Positions 39,201-48,862 are shown, counted from the stretch's first letter. The stretch: 64,000 nucleotides of DNA from Dehalococcoidia bacterium (GCA_963662615.2 CAXXSR010000001.1:1440001-1504000), one strand, 5' to 3'. A program made the numbers and translations. The notes: generated by a model not told the origin, from the sequence alone.

Positions 39201-39272
39201 CACGCCGCATCATCCTCCGACAGCGGCCCTCGCCGCCGTCGGGACGCCGGTCGCAAGCCCGCTGAGTGAGTC

Positions 39273-40400
39273 ATGGCCATCGAGAACGTCACCCTCTTTC
39301 ACCGCAACGCCCAGCAGGCGATCCTCGCCGTGCGGCCGTTCACCCTACTCGAATGGACCCGTCGCTTCGCCGCCACCGGCAGCTTCCGCGCCGAGCTCCC
39401 CTTCGAGCACGGCCTCCCCGTGCAGGCCGGCGACGTGCTCGACATTGAACTGGACGGCCGCACCGAATTCAGCGGCGTCGTCCAGCTCCGCCGCCTCACC
39501 CACCGCCCCCAGCGCCAGCCCGTCTGGCACTTCCAGGGCATGGACCTGAGCTGGTGGCTGCACCAGCGCGTCATCGTCCCGCCCTCCGGCCAGTCCCACG
39601 ACGAACAGATCGGTGTCCCCGCTGAAGACGCCATCCGCCACTACATCAATGACCACCTCCTCAACCCCACCGATCCGGCCCGCGCCATCCCCGTCCCGGC
39701 CCTCCTCGCCCCCGCCCACGTGCCGCCGCTCGGGCCGGCCGTGACCGTTCGCGCCCGCTACGGGAACTTGGCCAAAGAGATCGACCGCATCGCCGCCCGC
39801 GCCGGCCTCGGCTACCGCGCCGAACGCGACTCGCAAGATCGAATCAGCTTCGCCGTCCTCGCCCCCCGCGACCGCACCGCCACCTCGCCGCAGCCCGTCA
39901 TCTTCGCCACCAGCCTCGGCACCGCCGAAGAGCTGACCTTCACCGAAGCGACCGTGCGCAGCCGCAACGCCGTCTACGTCCTCGGCGACGGCAGCGGCGC
40001 CACCCGCCTGGTCCAGGAGGTCACCGACGCCGCCGACGTCGCCGCCCGCGCCCGCCGCGAGATCGCCCTCGACGCCCGCCAGGCCACTTCCAGCGCCGCC
40101 GCCATCGACGCCGGCGAGACCGAACTCGCCCGCCAGGCCGCCGAGCGCCTGCGCCTGGAGGCCCGGCCGCCCGCGCTCAGCCCCCTCACCTACCGCCTCG
40201 ACTGGGACGTCGGCGACATCGTCACCCTGGACCTGCCCGACCTCTCCCTCCGCCTGGACCAACGCATTGAGGCCGTTCATGGCGCCATCGACTCCGACGA
40301 GCCCTTGTCCCTCTCCTGCTCCTTCGGCGCTCCCAGCCCGGACGCCACCGACGCCCTTCGCCACCTCGACGAGCGCACCGCCCCCGGCCGCTTCGTCTAA
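39273..40400 (+). CDS. Siphovirus ReqiPepy6 Gp37-like baseplate hub (Tal-like) protein
   Basis: LEWTRRF...GSF, ARYGNL, NAVYVLGDGSG..R, RREIALDAR, YRLDWDVGDIVT. Confidence 0.85.
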   Translation: MAIENVTLFHRNAQQAILAVRPFTLLEWTRRFAATGSFRAELPFEHGLPVQAGDVLDIELDGRTEFSGVVQLRRLTHRPQRQPVWHFQGMDLSWWLHQRVIVPPSGQSHDEQIGVPAEDAIRHYINDHLLNPTDPARAIPVPALLAPAHVPPLGPAVTVRARYGNLAKEIDRIAARAGLGYRAERDSQDRISFAVLAPRDRTATSPQPVIFATSLGTAEELTFTEATVRSRNAVYVLGDGSGATRLVQEVTDAADVAARARREIALDARQATSSAAAIDAGETELARQAAERLRLEARPPALSPLTYRLDWDVGDIVTLDLPDLSLRLDQRIEAVHGAIDSDEPLSLSCSFGAPSPDATDALRHLDERTAPGRFV

Positions 40401-40929
40401 GCCGCCCCCACCCCCAGAGGGCGGGTGGGCGGGAGAAAACAAAGAACGCAACACCGCACCCATCGCCATCGCCCGGCGCGCAGCGCCCCATCGCGACGCC
40501 GATCGGAACGGACCCGCAACCCATCGCGAGACATCGCGCCACGCGTTGCATCCCGCACAGGCGGTACCGGACCCCCAACCGCGGCGGGTGGGCGGGACAA
40601 CAACAACAACGGGGTGGCGCGAGCGACCGCGAACACCGCGCTGGCCCAAACGAACCGCGAGCGCGCGCGAAAAAAACCGCTCACCCTGACCTGTCCTTCC
40701 CTCCCAGGAAGGAGCCTGCCTGTCCTGAGCTTGCCGAACGGTCGAAGGGCCGAAGGAGCGAACGGCCGCAACCATCCACACTCTCATCCCCACGACGACG
40801 AATCAGGGGACGCCACTCGAAATTAGGCACAAGGAGAATGGACGTCGCCATCATGCTCAGCCAATTTGATAGTGCCGCAATGTGGCGACGGATCTACCCC
40901 ACGTTCACCGGCAGGGAGCAGGGACGGCC

Positions 40930-41430
40930 ATGAAGCGCCCAGCCTTCCGCAGGAAGGACCGCCTCCTCGTCCTGCTGGCGCTGGCCGCCGTCCTCGGACT
41001 CGGCGTCAGCGCTCACTTTCGCGTCGACGAAGCGGGCAGGCGCCAAGGCGTCCTCCAGGAGCAAGTCAACGTCGTGACAGGCGCCCAGGCGTCCTTCGCG
41101 GGGCGTCTGGACGCGCGACTCGCCCCCCTCGACGCGCGACTCGCACCCCTGGAAGCTGCCGAGGCCTCTCCGCCTCGGCGCGCCCTCACCATCGAGACCG
41201 AGATCGGCTACCGCTTACGCACGCAAGACGTTGTGGCCTTCATCCAGAGCGCGATGCAGCGCTACGGCCAGCCGCCTTGGCCCTCCTGGACCAAACCGTC
41301 GTGCGAGGAGGTCTGGCTTCGCTTCGGCCCGCCGGCCGGTCCGGAAGAGCCGGGCGAGCAGATCGGCTGCATCGCCAACATCGTCATCGAGGCCCGCGAG
41401 CTGCTGCTGGCGAAGGAAGAGATCGGCTAG
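40930..41430 (+). CDS. Membrane-anchored coiled-coil hypothetical protein
   Basis: N-terminal TM, LDARLAP x2, two Cys. Confidence 0.55.
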   Translation: MKRPAFRRKDRLLVLLALAAVLGLGVSAHFRVDEAGRRQGVLQEQVNVVTGAQASFAGRLDARLAPLDARLAPLEAAEASPPRRALTIETEIGYRLRTQDVVAFIQSAMQRYGQPPWPSWTKPSCEEVWLRFGPPAGPEEPGEQIGCIANIVIEARELLLAKEEIG

Positions 41431-42119
41431 GTCGGCCAACGGCGCCCCCAGCCCCCAACCCTGCGCCCGCCGAAACGAACCGCGGGCGCGCAGGAAAAAG
41501 CCCGGGCGCGAGCAGCCACCAGCGCCGCCCTGGCTCAGACGCGCCGCGAGCGCGCGTGCAAAGAACCGCTCACCCTGAGCCTGCCTGCCCTGAGCTTGCC
41601 GAAGGGTCGAAGGGTCACCCTGACCTCATCCTTCCCTCCCAGGAAGCAGCTTGCCGAAGAAGCGAACGACGAGACCCATCCGCCGCCCCCATCCCTCCGG
41701 GGCGGGTGGGCGGGAAAAAGAAAGGACGCAACGCCGCCCGCATCCCCAAGGCCAGGCGCGAGCGACCGCGAACACCGCCTGATTTCTCAGGCCCGGCCCA
41801 GGCGGAAAACCGTTCGTCCTGACCTGTCCTTCCCTCCCAGGAAGGAGCTTGCCTGTCCTGAGCCTGTCGAAGGGCCGAAGGAGCGAACGGCGCCGCCATC
41901 GCCCAGCGCATCAACCCTCCGCGCGAGCAGCCACCCACCCCGCGCCCGTCCGGACCAATAGCGAGCGCGCGTGGAAAAACCTCCAACGCCCACCCGCTGC
42001 CAGACCCCGGCGGAAGCGAGCACAAAAACGGCCGCGCTTCCGCTCCCTCCAACACCCGCCCGCTTCCGCTCCCTCCAACACCCGCCCGGCGCCAGACCCC
42101 GGCGGAAGCGAGCACAAAA

Positions 42120-42419
42120 ATGGACATCGCCGCCATCGCCACCGCCCTCGCCGGCCTGCTCGCTGCCCTCGCCCAATGGGCCTGGCTCGTGGGCCCGCGC
42201 CGCAACGGACAGCGCGCCCGGCTGCACACCATTGAGGCCCGCCTCAGTGAGACCGAGAACGCCCTCCACCATTGCCTCCGCAGCCTCCACCGAGTCCGCC
42301 GCCGCGAGCAGCGACGGTGGCAACAGCTCAGACAAAGCGGGCGCCTCTCGCCCCATGACCCCATCCCAGAGCCGTCCTCCTCATCGCTCGACTCTGGAAG
42401 CGGCCGGGCCGCGTCGTGA
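42120..42419 (+). CDS. Small TM + coiled-coil lysis-cassette protein (holin-like)
   Basis: N-terminal TM, RLHTIEARLSETE; upstream of the amidase. Confidence 0.5.
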   Translation: MDIAAIATALAGLLAALAQWAWLVGPRRNGQRARLHTIEARLSETENALHHCLRSLHRVRRREQRRWQQLRQSGRLSPHDPIPEPSSSSLDSGSGRAAS

Positions 42420-42694
42420 GCGTGCCCAACGGGGCTGAGCGCCTCCACCCACCCCCAAGACCGCCGCGCCCAGCAAGCCCGCCGCGAGCGCGCGCTGAAT
42501 AAACCCGCTCACGCTGAGCCTGTCGAAGGGTCGCCCCGCCCTGTCCTTCCCTCCCAGGAAGGAGCCAGTCGAAGGACAAACGGTACCCCCTCCCACGCGC
42601 CCGGCGCGAGCGCCCATCAACCCCGCGCCCGTCCGGACCAACCGCGAGCGCGCGTGGAAAAACCGCGAGCCCGCGCGAAAAAGGAGCCCAGCCC

Positions 42695-42928
42695 ATGAAC
42701 CCCTTCGCCAAATGGAACAGCCGCCTCGTCGCCGTGACTCTGAGTGGCATCTCCACCCTCGCGGCGCTGCCGGACCTGCCCCCCGACCTCCGTGCCGTCG
42801 GCATCGTCGTCATCGCCAGCGTCGGCATCATCATGATCGGCCTGCGCGACGTCCTCGGCCGCCGCGAAGCCCTCCACGACCTCGGCCTCGACCACCCCCT
42901 CCCGCAATCCGACATCCCGGAAGCATGA
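42695..42928 (+). CDS. Putative holin (2 TM, 77 aa)
   Basis: KWNSRL, two hydrophobic helices, IGLRD; RBS aaggag. Confidence 0.6.
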   Translation: MNPFAKWNSRLVAVTLSGISTLAALPDLPPDLRAVGIVVIASVGIIMIGLRDVLGRREALHDLGLDHPLPQSDIPEA

Positions 42929-43437
42929 TCGACACATTGAACACGCATCACCCGACCATGAAGCCCCGGCGCGAGCCGCAAAAACCGCTCACCCAGAGCC
43001 TGCCTGTCCTGATCCTTCCCGGCGGGAAGGACGAAGGGTCGAAGGACGAACGGCCGCAACTATCCATACCCCCATCCCTCCGGGGCGGGTGGGCGGGACA
43101 AACAAAAGACGCAACGCCGCCCGCCTCCCCAAGGCCCGGCGCGAGCGGCCACAACCGTTCGCCCTGAGCCAGTCGAATGGGCGAACGACGCACCCAGCCA
43201 CCAACGCCGCGTCCGACCATGAAGCCCGGGCGCGAGCAACCACCAACCCCGCGCCCATCCGGACCCGCCGCGAGCGCGCGTGGAAAGAACCGTTCGCCCT
43301 GAGCCAGTCGAATGGGCGAACGGCGCACCCGGCCACCAACGCCGCGCCCGACCATGAAGCCCGGGCGCGAGCGGCCACCAGCGCCGCCTACGACCGGACC
43401 TACTGCGAGCGCGGGCAAAAAACGCACGCAAACAAAC

Positions 43438-44151
43438 ATGAACCCAAACGACGTCACCCGCCCCAGCCCCAACTTCTACGCCGGCCGCCTCGGCGCACAG
43501 ATCATCGGCGTCACCCTCCATTCCACCCGCGGCGGCACCTCTGATCCCGCCGTCGAGTTCAGCGCCGCCCTCAACTGGCTCAGCGGCCACACCTACAAGG
43601 GCCGCGACGGCCGCAGCCATCGCAACCCCTCCATCCATTACATCGTTGGCCACGACGGCCGCCTCGCCACCGTCGTGCCCGAGCGCCACGGCGCCTGGCA
43701 CGCGGGCACCGGCAGCCGCCGCGACGGCGCCAACCTCAACGCCATCGGCATCGAGCTCGTCCAGCCCACGCCCCAGGACGCCTACCCGGAGCCACTGCTC
43801 GCCCGCACCGTCGACCTCGTCGCCGCCATCTGCCGCCGCCACGCCATCCCCGCCCTCCGCGTCCACACCGACACCCAACCCGGCATCCACCACCACAGCG
43901 ACCTCAACCCACGCAAGTCCGACCCCGGACCCCGCTGGCCCGACGCCGACTTTCTCGCCCGCATCGACGCCCGCCTCGCATCGGCGCGCGACCGCCCGCC
44001 GGCCGCGGCGGACCCGTCCATCCTTCGCCGTCTCCTCCAACTCCAGCGCACCCAGACCGGCCACGCGGCCGACATCGACGCCCTCCGCCAAGGGCTCGCC
44101 CAGACACGAACGCGCCTCCACGCGATTGGCAAAGCCGCCCTCGCCGATTGA
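43438..44151 (+). CDS. N-acetylmuramoyl-L-alanine amidase (endolysin, Amidase_2-like)
   Basis: SPNF, LHST, SIHY, AWHAG, N.NAIGIE, HSDL..RKSDPG. Confidence 0.92.
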   Translation: MNPNDVTRPSPNFYAGRLGAQIIGVTLHSTRGGTSDPAVEFSAALNWLSGHTYKGRDGRSHRNPSIHYIVGHDGRLATVVPERHGAWHAGTGSRRDGANLNAIGIELVQPTPQDAYPEPLLARTVDLVAAICRRHAIPALRVHTDTQPGIHHHSDLNPRKSDPGPRWPDADFLARIDARLASARDRPPAAADPSILRRLLQLQRTQTGHAADIDALRQGLAQTRTRLHAIGKAALAD

Positions 44152-44172
44152 TTCATCCTGGAAAGATCGAGC

Positions 44173-44751
44173 ATGGTCCACCAGCGCAGACATGCGGTCA
44201 TCCGCGCCCCCGTGGCGCAAGCGTGGCAGCGCGCCCCCTCCTCCCCTCGGAACGACACAGCCGCGCACGCCACCACGCACGCCACCGCGCACGCAAACGC
44301 CACCGCCACCGCCGCAGCGCTCGCCATAGCTCATCGCCATCACTGCCCCCTCTGCCACCGCACCTTCGACCCCGCCGCCTTCGTCGCCCACGCCTCCACC
44401 TGCATCGACCGCCACGCGCCCCGACAACCCCAGCGCGCGAAAAGCCCCGGCGCGAGCGCTCACCAACGACTCGCCCAGCAAGCCCGGCGACCGACGGCAA
44501 CCATTGACCACCCCGATCTCCCAGGGCGGGTGGGTGGGAAAAACAAAGAACGCAACCTCGCACCCATCGCCATGACCCTGCGCGAAGCGCCCCCGTCCCC
44601 ACGCCGATTGGCGCAGACCCGCAACTCCACGCGAACCGCAGCGCCACGCATCGCGTCCCGCGCTCCCGTTGCTCCCCGCCCCGCCAGGGCGGCGGGCGGG
44701 ACACAATTCAACCCTGAATATCGTGACTCCGGTCGTCACCGATCGCCCTAA
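44173..44751 (+). CDS. Small C2HC zinc-finger protein whose 3' end reads into repeats
   Basis: CPLCHRTF......HASTC. Confidence 0.4.
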   Translation: MVHQRRHAVIRAPVAQAWQRAPSSPRNDTAAHATTHATAHANATATAAALAIAHRHHCPLCHRTFDPAAFVAHASTCIDRHAPRQPQRAKSPGASAHQRLAQQARRPTATIDHPDLPGRVGGKNKERNLAPIAMTLREAPPSPRRLAQTRNSTRTAAPRIASRAPVAPRPARAAGGTQFNPEYRDSGRHRSP

Positions 44752-45467
44752 CCTGTCCTTCGCGCAGCAGAAGGACCTTGTCGAAGTGCCTGTCCTGACC
44801 TGTCATTCCCTCCCCAGGAAGGAGCTTGCCTGTCCTGAGCCTGCCAAAGGGGCAACCGACCACCATCATCAGCCCCTCCGATCCTCTGAGGGTGGGTGGG
44901 CGGGAAAAAGAAAAGGGGCGGGGCGGGGGGACGCAGCGAACAGCGCCCATCTCCTCAACCTTGGCGCGAGCGCGGATGACCGTTCGTCCTGAGCCTGTCG
45001 AAGGGCGAACGGCGCCCCCCACCACTAGCCCGCGCCCTTCCGGACAACCCGCGAGCGCGAGCTAAAGGAACCGAAAGGAGAACCAAAGCCCGGCAACTGA
45101 CCACCCCCAACGATCGCCTTGCCGCTCCCGGAACGGCGAGCGCGCGAAAAGGCCCGGCGCGAGCGGCTACCAGCCCCGCCCTCACCCCAACAAACCGCCA
45201 GCGCGAGTTAAAAAAACGGAAAGGAGCGCCAAAGCCCTAGCAGCCAACTCTCCCTCATGCCCGCCTTGCCGCTCGCGGAACGGCGAGCGCGCAAAAACGC
45301 CCGGCGCGAGCTGCCACTAGCCCCGCCCCCACCCCAACAAACCGCGAGCGCAAGTCAAAAAAACGGAACGCGGATCCGAAAGCTAGCAACCGACCATCCC
45401 CCAACGCTCGCCTTTCCGCTCTCGGAATGGCGAGTGAGCCCAAGCCCCCAGCGGAAAGGAGAACAAA
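44745..45467 (+). repeat. Composite repeats plus a degenerate ~150-bp tandem array ending at ATG 45468
   Basis: cgccttgccgctc.cggaacggcgagcgcgc.aaaa..cccggcgcgagc recurs; final cctttccgct...agcggaaagg hairpin. Confidence 0.8.
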
Positions 45468-45923
45468 ATGCCAGTCACCGCGTATTGGTACGCCAAAGCG
45501 TTCGTCAACGTCTTCACCCGACTCAAGAACATCGACTACGACACCAACGCCGTCAAACTAATGCTCACCACCAGCGCCTACGTCCCCAACCAGGACACCC
45601 AGGAGGACAAGGCGGATGTGACCAACGAGGTCACCGGTACCGGCTACACGGCCGGCGGCGAGACCCTCGCCTCCAAAACTCTCTCCAACACCAACAACGT
45701 CGTCACCCTCGACGCCGCCGACGTCACCTGGAGCAACAGCACCATCACCGCCCGCCGCGCCGTCCTCTACGACGACAGCGGCGCCACCGACGCCGACAAA
45801 GCCGTCCTCCTCTGGATTGACTTCGGCCAGGACGAATCCAGCAGCAACGGCGACTTCACCGTCCAGTGGAACGCCTCCGGCATCGCCACGGTGACCCCCA
45901 CCGACGCCGCCGGCTTCCCCTAG
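45468..45923 (+). CDS. Phage minor tail/virion protein
   Basis: IDYDT..VKLML, NEVTGTGYTAGG, LDAADVTW, DFG....SNGDFTVQW. Confidence 0.75.
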   Translation: MPVTAYWYAKAFVNVFTRLKNIDYDTNAVKLMLTTSAYVPNQDTQEDKADVTNEVTGTGYTAGGETLASKTLSNTNNVVTLDAADVTWSNSTITARRAVLYDDSGATDADKAVLLWIDFGQDESSSNGDFTVQWNASGIATVTPTDAAGFP

Positions 45924-45930
45924 CCCGGCC

Positions 45931-46401
45931 ATGCCCCCGTCAGGCTTTCGCTGGGCCGTTCAGTACTGGCACGGCCCTTCCCCCCAAGGGCCGCTGCCCA
46001 CCTTCACATCGCGTGACGGCCCCTGGGCCAACGCGCCCGCGCAAAACGTCATCCGTGTCCTCCTCCAACGGCACGGCATTCGCCCCCATGGAAACCCGGA
46101 CGTGCTCTACACCCAGACCAAAGAGGGGCCCGACCACTACTACCTGATCGTCGCCTCCGACGCCGTCCGTCTCGGCGGCTGGAACGACGACGGCCGCCCT
46201 TCCCACGAGGTCACCTGGCGCGCCGACGGGCGAATCTTCAACGTCCGCCGCCACGCGCCCCCCGCCCTCGACCCTGCGCAGCTGAAGCATGGCGTCTGGG
46301 TCGACGAGCCCTGGGCCACCCGCCTCGGCCTCTCCGGCGGCATCAGCCGTCAGGAGTGGCAAAGCGCTTCAGCGCGGGAAGGCGCCCTGAACGATGGCTA
46401 A
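45931..46401 (+). CDS. Hypothetical phage protein
   Basis: 156-aa ORF coupled to neighbours; GVWVDEPWA. Confidence 0.55.
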   Translation: MPPSGFRWAVQYWHGPSPQGPLPTFTSRDGPWANAPAQNVIRVLLQRHGIRPHGNPDVLYTQTKEGPDHYYLIVASDAVRLGGWNDDGRPSHEVTWRADGRIFNVRRHAPPALDPAQLKHGVWVDEPWATRLGLSGGISRQEWQSASAREGALNDG

Positions 46402-47404
46402 GCTCTTCCTCCGCGACACCTCCGTCGAGAGCTGCGCCGACGGCAGCTCCGGCTTCGACATGGACCCCACCCAGGGCTCCCCCACCGCCGACGTTTCCGC
46501 CTCCGTCAACTCGGCCACGTTCACCGAAGTCCTCACCTGGGACGAGACCGTCGGCACGAACGGAAAGAGCGGCGACTACGACCTCAGCGTCGACGTCTCC
46601 ACCCTCAGCACCGACGCCGAGTTCCGCTTCCGCCTCCAACGCCTCAACGCCGCCTGTGCGGTCCAGGAGAGCAGCGCCTACGGCCCCACCTTCAACACCG
46701 TTGGCATCGAGACCGCCACCATCACCTTCAGCCCCGCCTGGGCCGCCAACGACGTCCTCCGCCTCTCACTTGAGCTGCGCCGGAGCGGCGGCCACGGCTC
46801 CCGCTCCATCAGCGTCAGCACCCAGGACCCAGACAGCTTCACGGACGAGCCCGCCGACCCCAACGTCACCATCCTTGCCGTCGCCGCCCAGGCCACCGCC
46901 GACGTCCTCGCCCCTGCAATCAAGGCTGGCGCGACGGTCGCCGCCGCGCTCGCCGCCGCCGCCGCCCAAGCCCTCCTCCCCACCATCAAGATCGCCAAAA
47001 CCGTCGCGCCACCCGCCGCCTCCGCGACTGCGCACGCCCCCTCCCCCACCATCGCGGCGATCCAGAACGTCACCGTCGCCGCGCAACCGGCGCAAGCGGC
47101 CGCGGACACCCTCCTCCCCACGATCGCCGCCGGCATCGCCATCGTTGCCGCCCTTGCGCAGGCCGCCGCCGGCGCCCCCCCGCCGGCCGTCCTCGCCCAG
47201 AGCGGCGGCATCGTCATCCTCGCGGCGCTGGCCACCGCCACTGCCACCGGGCACGAACCCGCCATCGGCGGCTACCTCGATCTCACCGCCACGCTCACCC
47301 TCGTCGCCTCCCTGTCCGCCGCCCTCACCGCCACCGCCACCGCCTCGCCCTCCGCGACCCTCGCCGCCGCCGACGCTCCCAGCGCCACCATCGAGAGGAT
47401 CTAG
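46394..47404 (+). CDS. Putative virion fibre/structural protein with Ala-rich repeats
   Basis: Beta-rich N-domain followed by A..A.A..LLPTI-type repeats. Confidence 0.55.
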   Translation: MAKLFLRDTSVESCADGSSGFDMDPTQGSPTADVSASVNSATFTEVLTWDETVGTNGKSGDYDLSVDVSTLSTDAEFRFRLQRLNAACAVQESSAYGPTFNTVGIETATITFSPAWAANDVLRLSLELRRSGGHGSRSISVSTQDPDSFTDEPADPNVTILAVAAQATADVLAPAIKAGATVAAALAAAAAQALLPTIKIAKTVAPPAASATAHAPSPTIAAIQNVTVAAQPAQAAADTLLPTIAAGIAIVAALAQAAAGAPPPAVLAQSGGIVILAALATATATGHEPAIGGYLDLTATLTLVASLSAALTATATASPSATLAAADAPSATIERI

Positions 47405-47407
47405 CCC

Positions 47408-47758
47408 ATGGCCACCGCCACGGTCGATCTCGCCACCCCCTTCCAGCAGTACGACAACGCCCAGCTTCTCCTCACCGTCCAGGACGGCAGCGGCGCCGCC
47501 CGCGACATCACCAACGACCGCGTCATCTTCCACATCGACGGCCTCAACCTGACCAAGGACTCCGCCAACGGCGCCGCCGAAGTCGACAAGACCGACCCGG
47601 TCAACGGCCAGGCCACCATCAAGATCGACCCCGGCGACCTCGCCCTAGACGCCCCCGGCGCCTACCAATACGAAGTCGTCATCATCGCCGTCGGCGTCCG
47701 CGCCACCGTCGTCCAAGGCGCCCTCACCACCGACCCCTCCCTCATCACCACCACCTGA
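47408..47758 (+). CDS. BppU N-terminal-like baseplate protein
   Basis: DPVNGQATIKIDPGD...PGAYQYEV......TVVQG. Confidence 0.6.
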   Translation: MATATVDLATPFQQYDNAQLLLTVQDGSGAARDITNDRVIFHIDGLNLTKDSANGAAEVDKTDPVNGQATIKIDPGDLALDAPGAYQYEVVIIAVGVRATVVQGALTTDPSLITTT

Positions 47759-48006
47759 TCGCAGGAGAGCGACACGCAGCGCTGAGCGCCTCCCTCATCA
47801 CTAGCCCACGAGGCATCTACCCCTCACGGCGGTCCTCGTCCTAGAGATTGAACCGTGACTATCTCGGCATGGCACGTGTTCGGTGAGGTCGCGAGTACGC
47901 GGAGGGCGGACGCGAAGCTGATCTGAGAGCGAACAGGTGTCCTTGAATATAGGAGGCAAGACAAAGCCGCCCCGACAGCCCGCGCAAAAATGGGCGTCAC
48001 ACCGCC

Positions 48007-48117
48007 TTGACGAATCCCGTCTATTTACCGATGATGCGTTGGCAAGCGGTTGAGCTAGCTGCGGAACGTGTTTATGCGCCCGCTGTCGTGTCCTTCGGGG
48101 CGCCACGGCGGGCTTTT
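48007..48117 (+). ncRNA. Candidate promoter plus ~75-80-nt small RNA ending in a C(UUCG)G hairpin and U-tract
   Basis: TTGACG-17-GATGAT; gcccgctgtcgtgtcc-ttcg-gggcgccacggcgggc-tttt at 48078-48117. Confidence 0.5.
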
Positions 48118-48358
48118 AGGTTCCCCGCTTAAACCGGCCTAGTAGGTCCGCGCGGAGTCGCACGACGGCATCTGCTTCATCTGCTAGATCCGCGCTCAAG
48201 GAGCGCGGGCAACTCGCCACTTCGAACCGCTTCCCGAACCGCTTGACGACCACCCCGACCCGAGCGAGATCGCCATCTTCACTGACGACCATGCACGTTT
48301 CCCATCTGTCGTCTATTCCTCCCAAGACCGCATCGAGCGCGACCCAGAGACGGCGCAC
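48116..48358 (-). pseudogene. C-terminal half of an NYN-domain nuclease
   Basis: VALDAV.GGIDDRWE..VVSEDGDL...KRFGKRFEVAS..SLSADLADEAD resembles the NYN C-terminus; N-terminal DxxN absent. Confidence 0.6.
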
Positions 48359-48362
48359 TCGC

Positions 48363-48785
48363 TCACGTCCCCGTCGGTCGCTTCTCTAGCGCCTCGAAAT
48401 CAATCCTCTTCATCTCCGTCCCGTCGATGCTGATCACGACATGGTAGATTCCAGGCTTTGGGAGCTTCACAGTCTGTTCGCCGCTTAGCGCTACCAGCTG
48501 GCTCGCTCCCTGCGTCAGATCTACCGGTTTTCCGACTTTGAAGCCGCCCTTTACCAGCTCAGCTATGGGCTGCTCATCGTCGTCACGCGTGCTGAGTTCA
48601 AACGTGTGGTCCTGGTTTGTCTCGTTCCAACCCACGCGGATCAGCACCGAAGTTGATAGGGACTTTTCGAACGGATATTCAACTCCAGGGAGCGCCCAAG
48701 TCCGCGTCCAGCCGCCTCCAAGGACGTAGAGCAAGCCCCGTTGCACTTCCGTGGAATTTGCAAGAAAGATTGCGTCGATTTCCAT
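48363..48785 (-). CDS. DUF6941-like protein
   Basis: IFLAN......LLYVLGGGW, PKPGIY.V.ISIDG. Confidence 0.65.
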   Translation of the reverse strand: MEIDAIFLANSTEVQRGLLYVLGGGWTRTWALPGVEYPFEKSLSTSVLIRVGWNETNQDHTFELSTRDDDEQPIAELVKGGFKVGKPVDLTQGASQLVALSGEQTVKLPKPGIYHVVISIDGTEMKRIDFEALEKRPTGT

Positions 48786-48806
48786 AGTCGTCACCGTCGT
48801 GATGTT

Positions 48807-48832
48807 TGTATTACAATTATCATTGTCATACA
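48807..48832. promoter_or_regulatory. AT-rich imperfect palindrome, candidate TA operator
   Basis: tgtattacaat-tatc-attgtcataca (10/11 match). Confidence 0.55.
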
Positions 48833-48862
48833 CATCTGTCAACCCTCTGAGGTTAGACCGCG

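Larger units (their letters stand above)
41480..43420 (+). repeat. Dense composite repeat modules surrounding the small lysis genes
   Basis: Multiple cctgag/gtcgaagg, cgcgagcgcgcg and gggcgggtgggcggga modules; ~135-bp duplication at 43130-43400. Confidence 0.85.
27329..47758. mobile_element. Phage-derived region: immunity pair plus siphovirus-type neck/tail/lysis genes; no head, packaging or integrase gene visible
   Basis: Gene order connector, closure, gp10, terminator, tube, chaperones, TMP, Dit, fibre, Tal, holins, amidase; boundaries approximate. Confidence 0.8.

Noticed and set aside
38225-39549. Long Arg/Pro/Gly-rich ORFs over repeat regions (also 41.6-43.5 kb and 54.6-55.3 kb)
   Set aside because: Stop-poor high-GC repeat DNA with no protein-like motifs
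40909-40933. Similarity to the IS1595 transposase RBS region (ggcaggga..gacggccatga)
   Set aside because: Short purine-rich match with no TIR or transposase sequence nearby
27329-47758. Complete inducible prophage or contractile injection system
   Set aside because: No integrase, terminase, portal, capsid, sheath or baseplate wedge genes recognisable in the window
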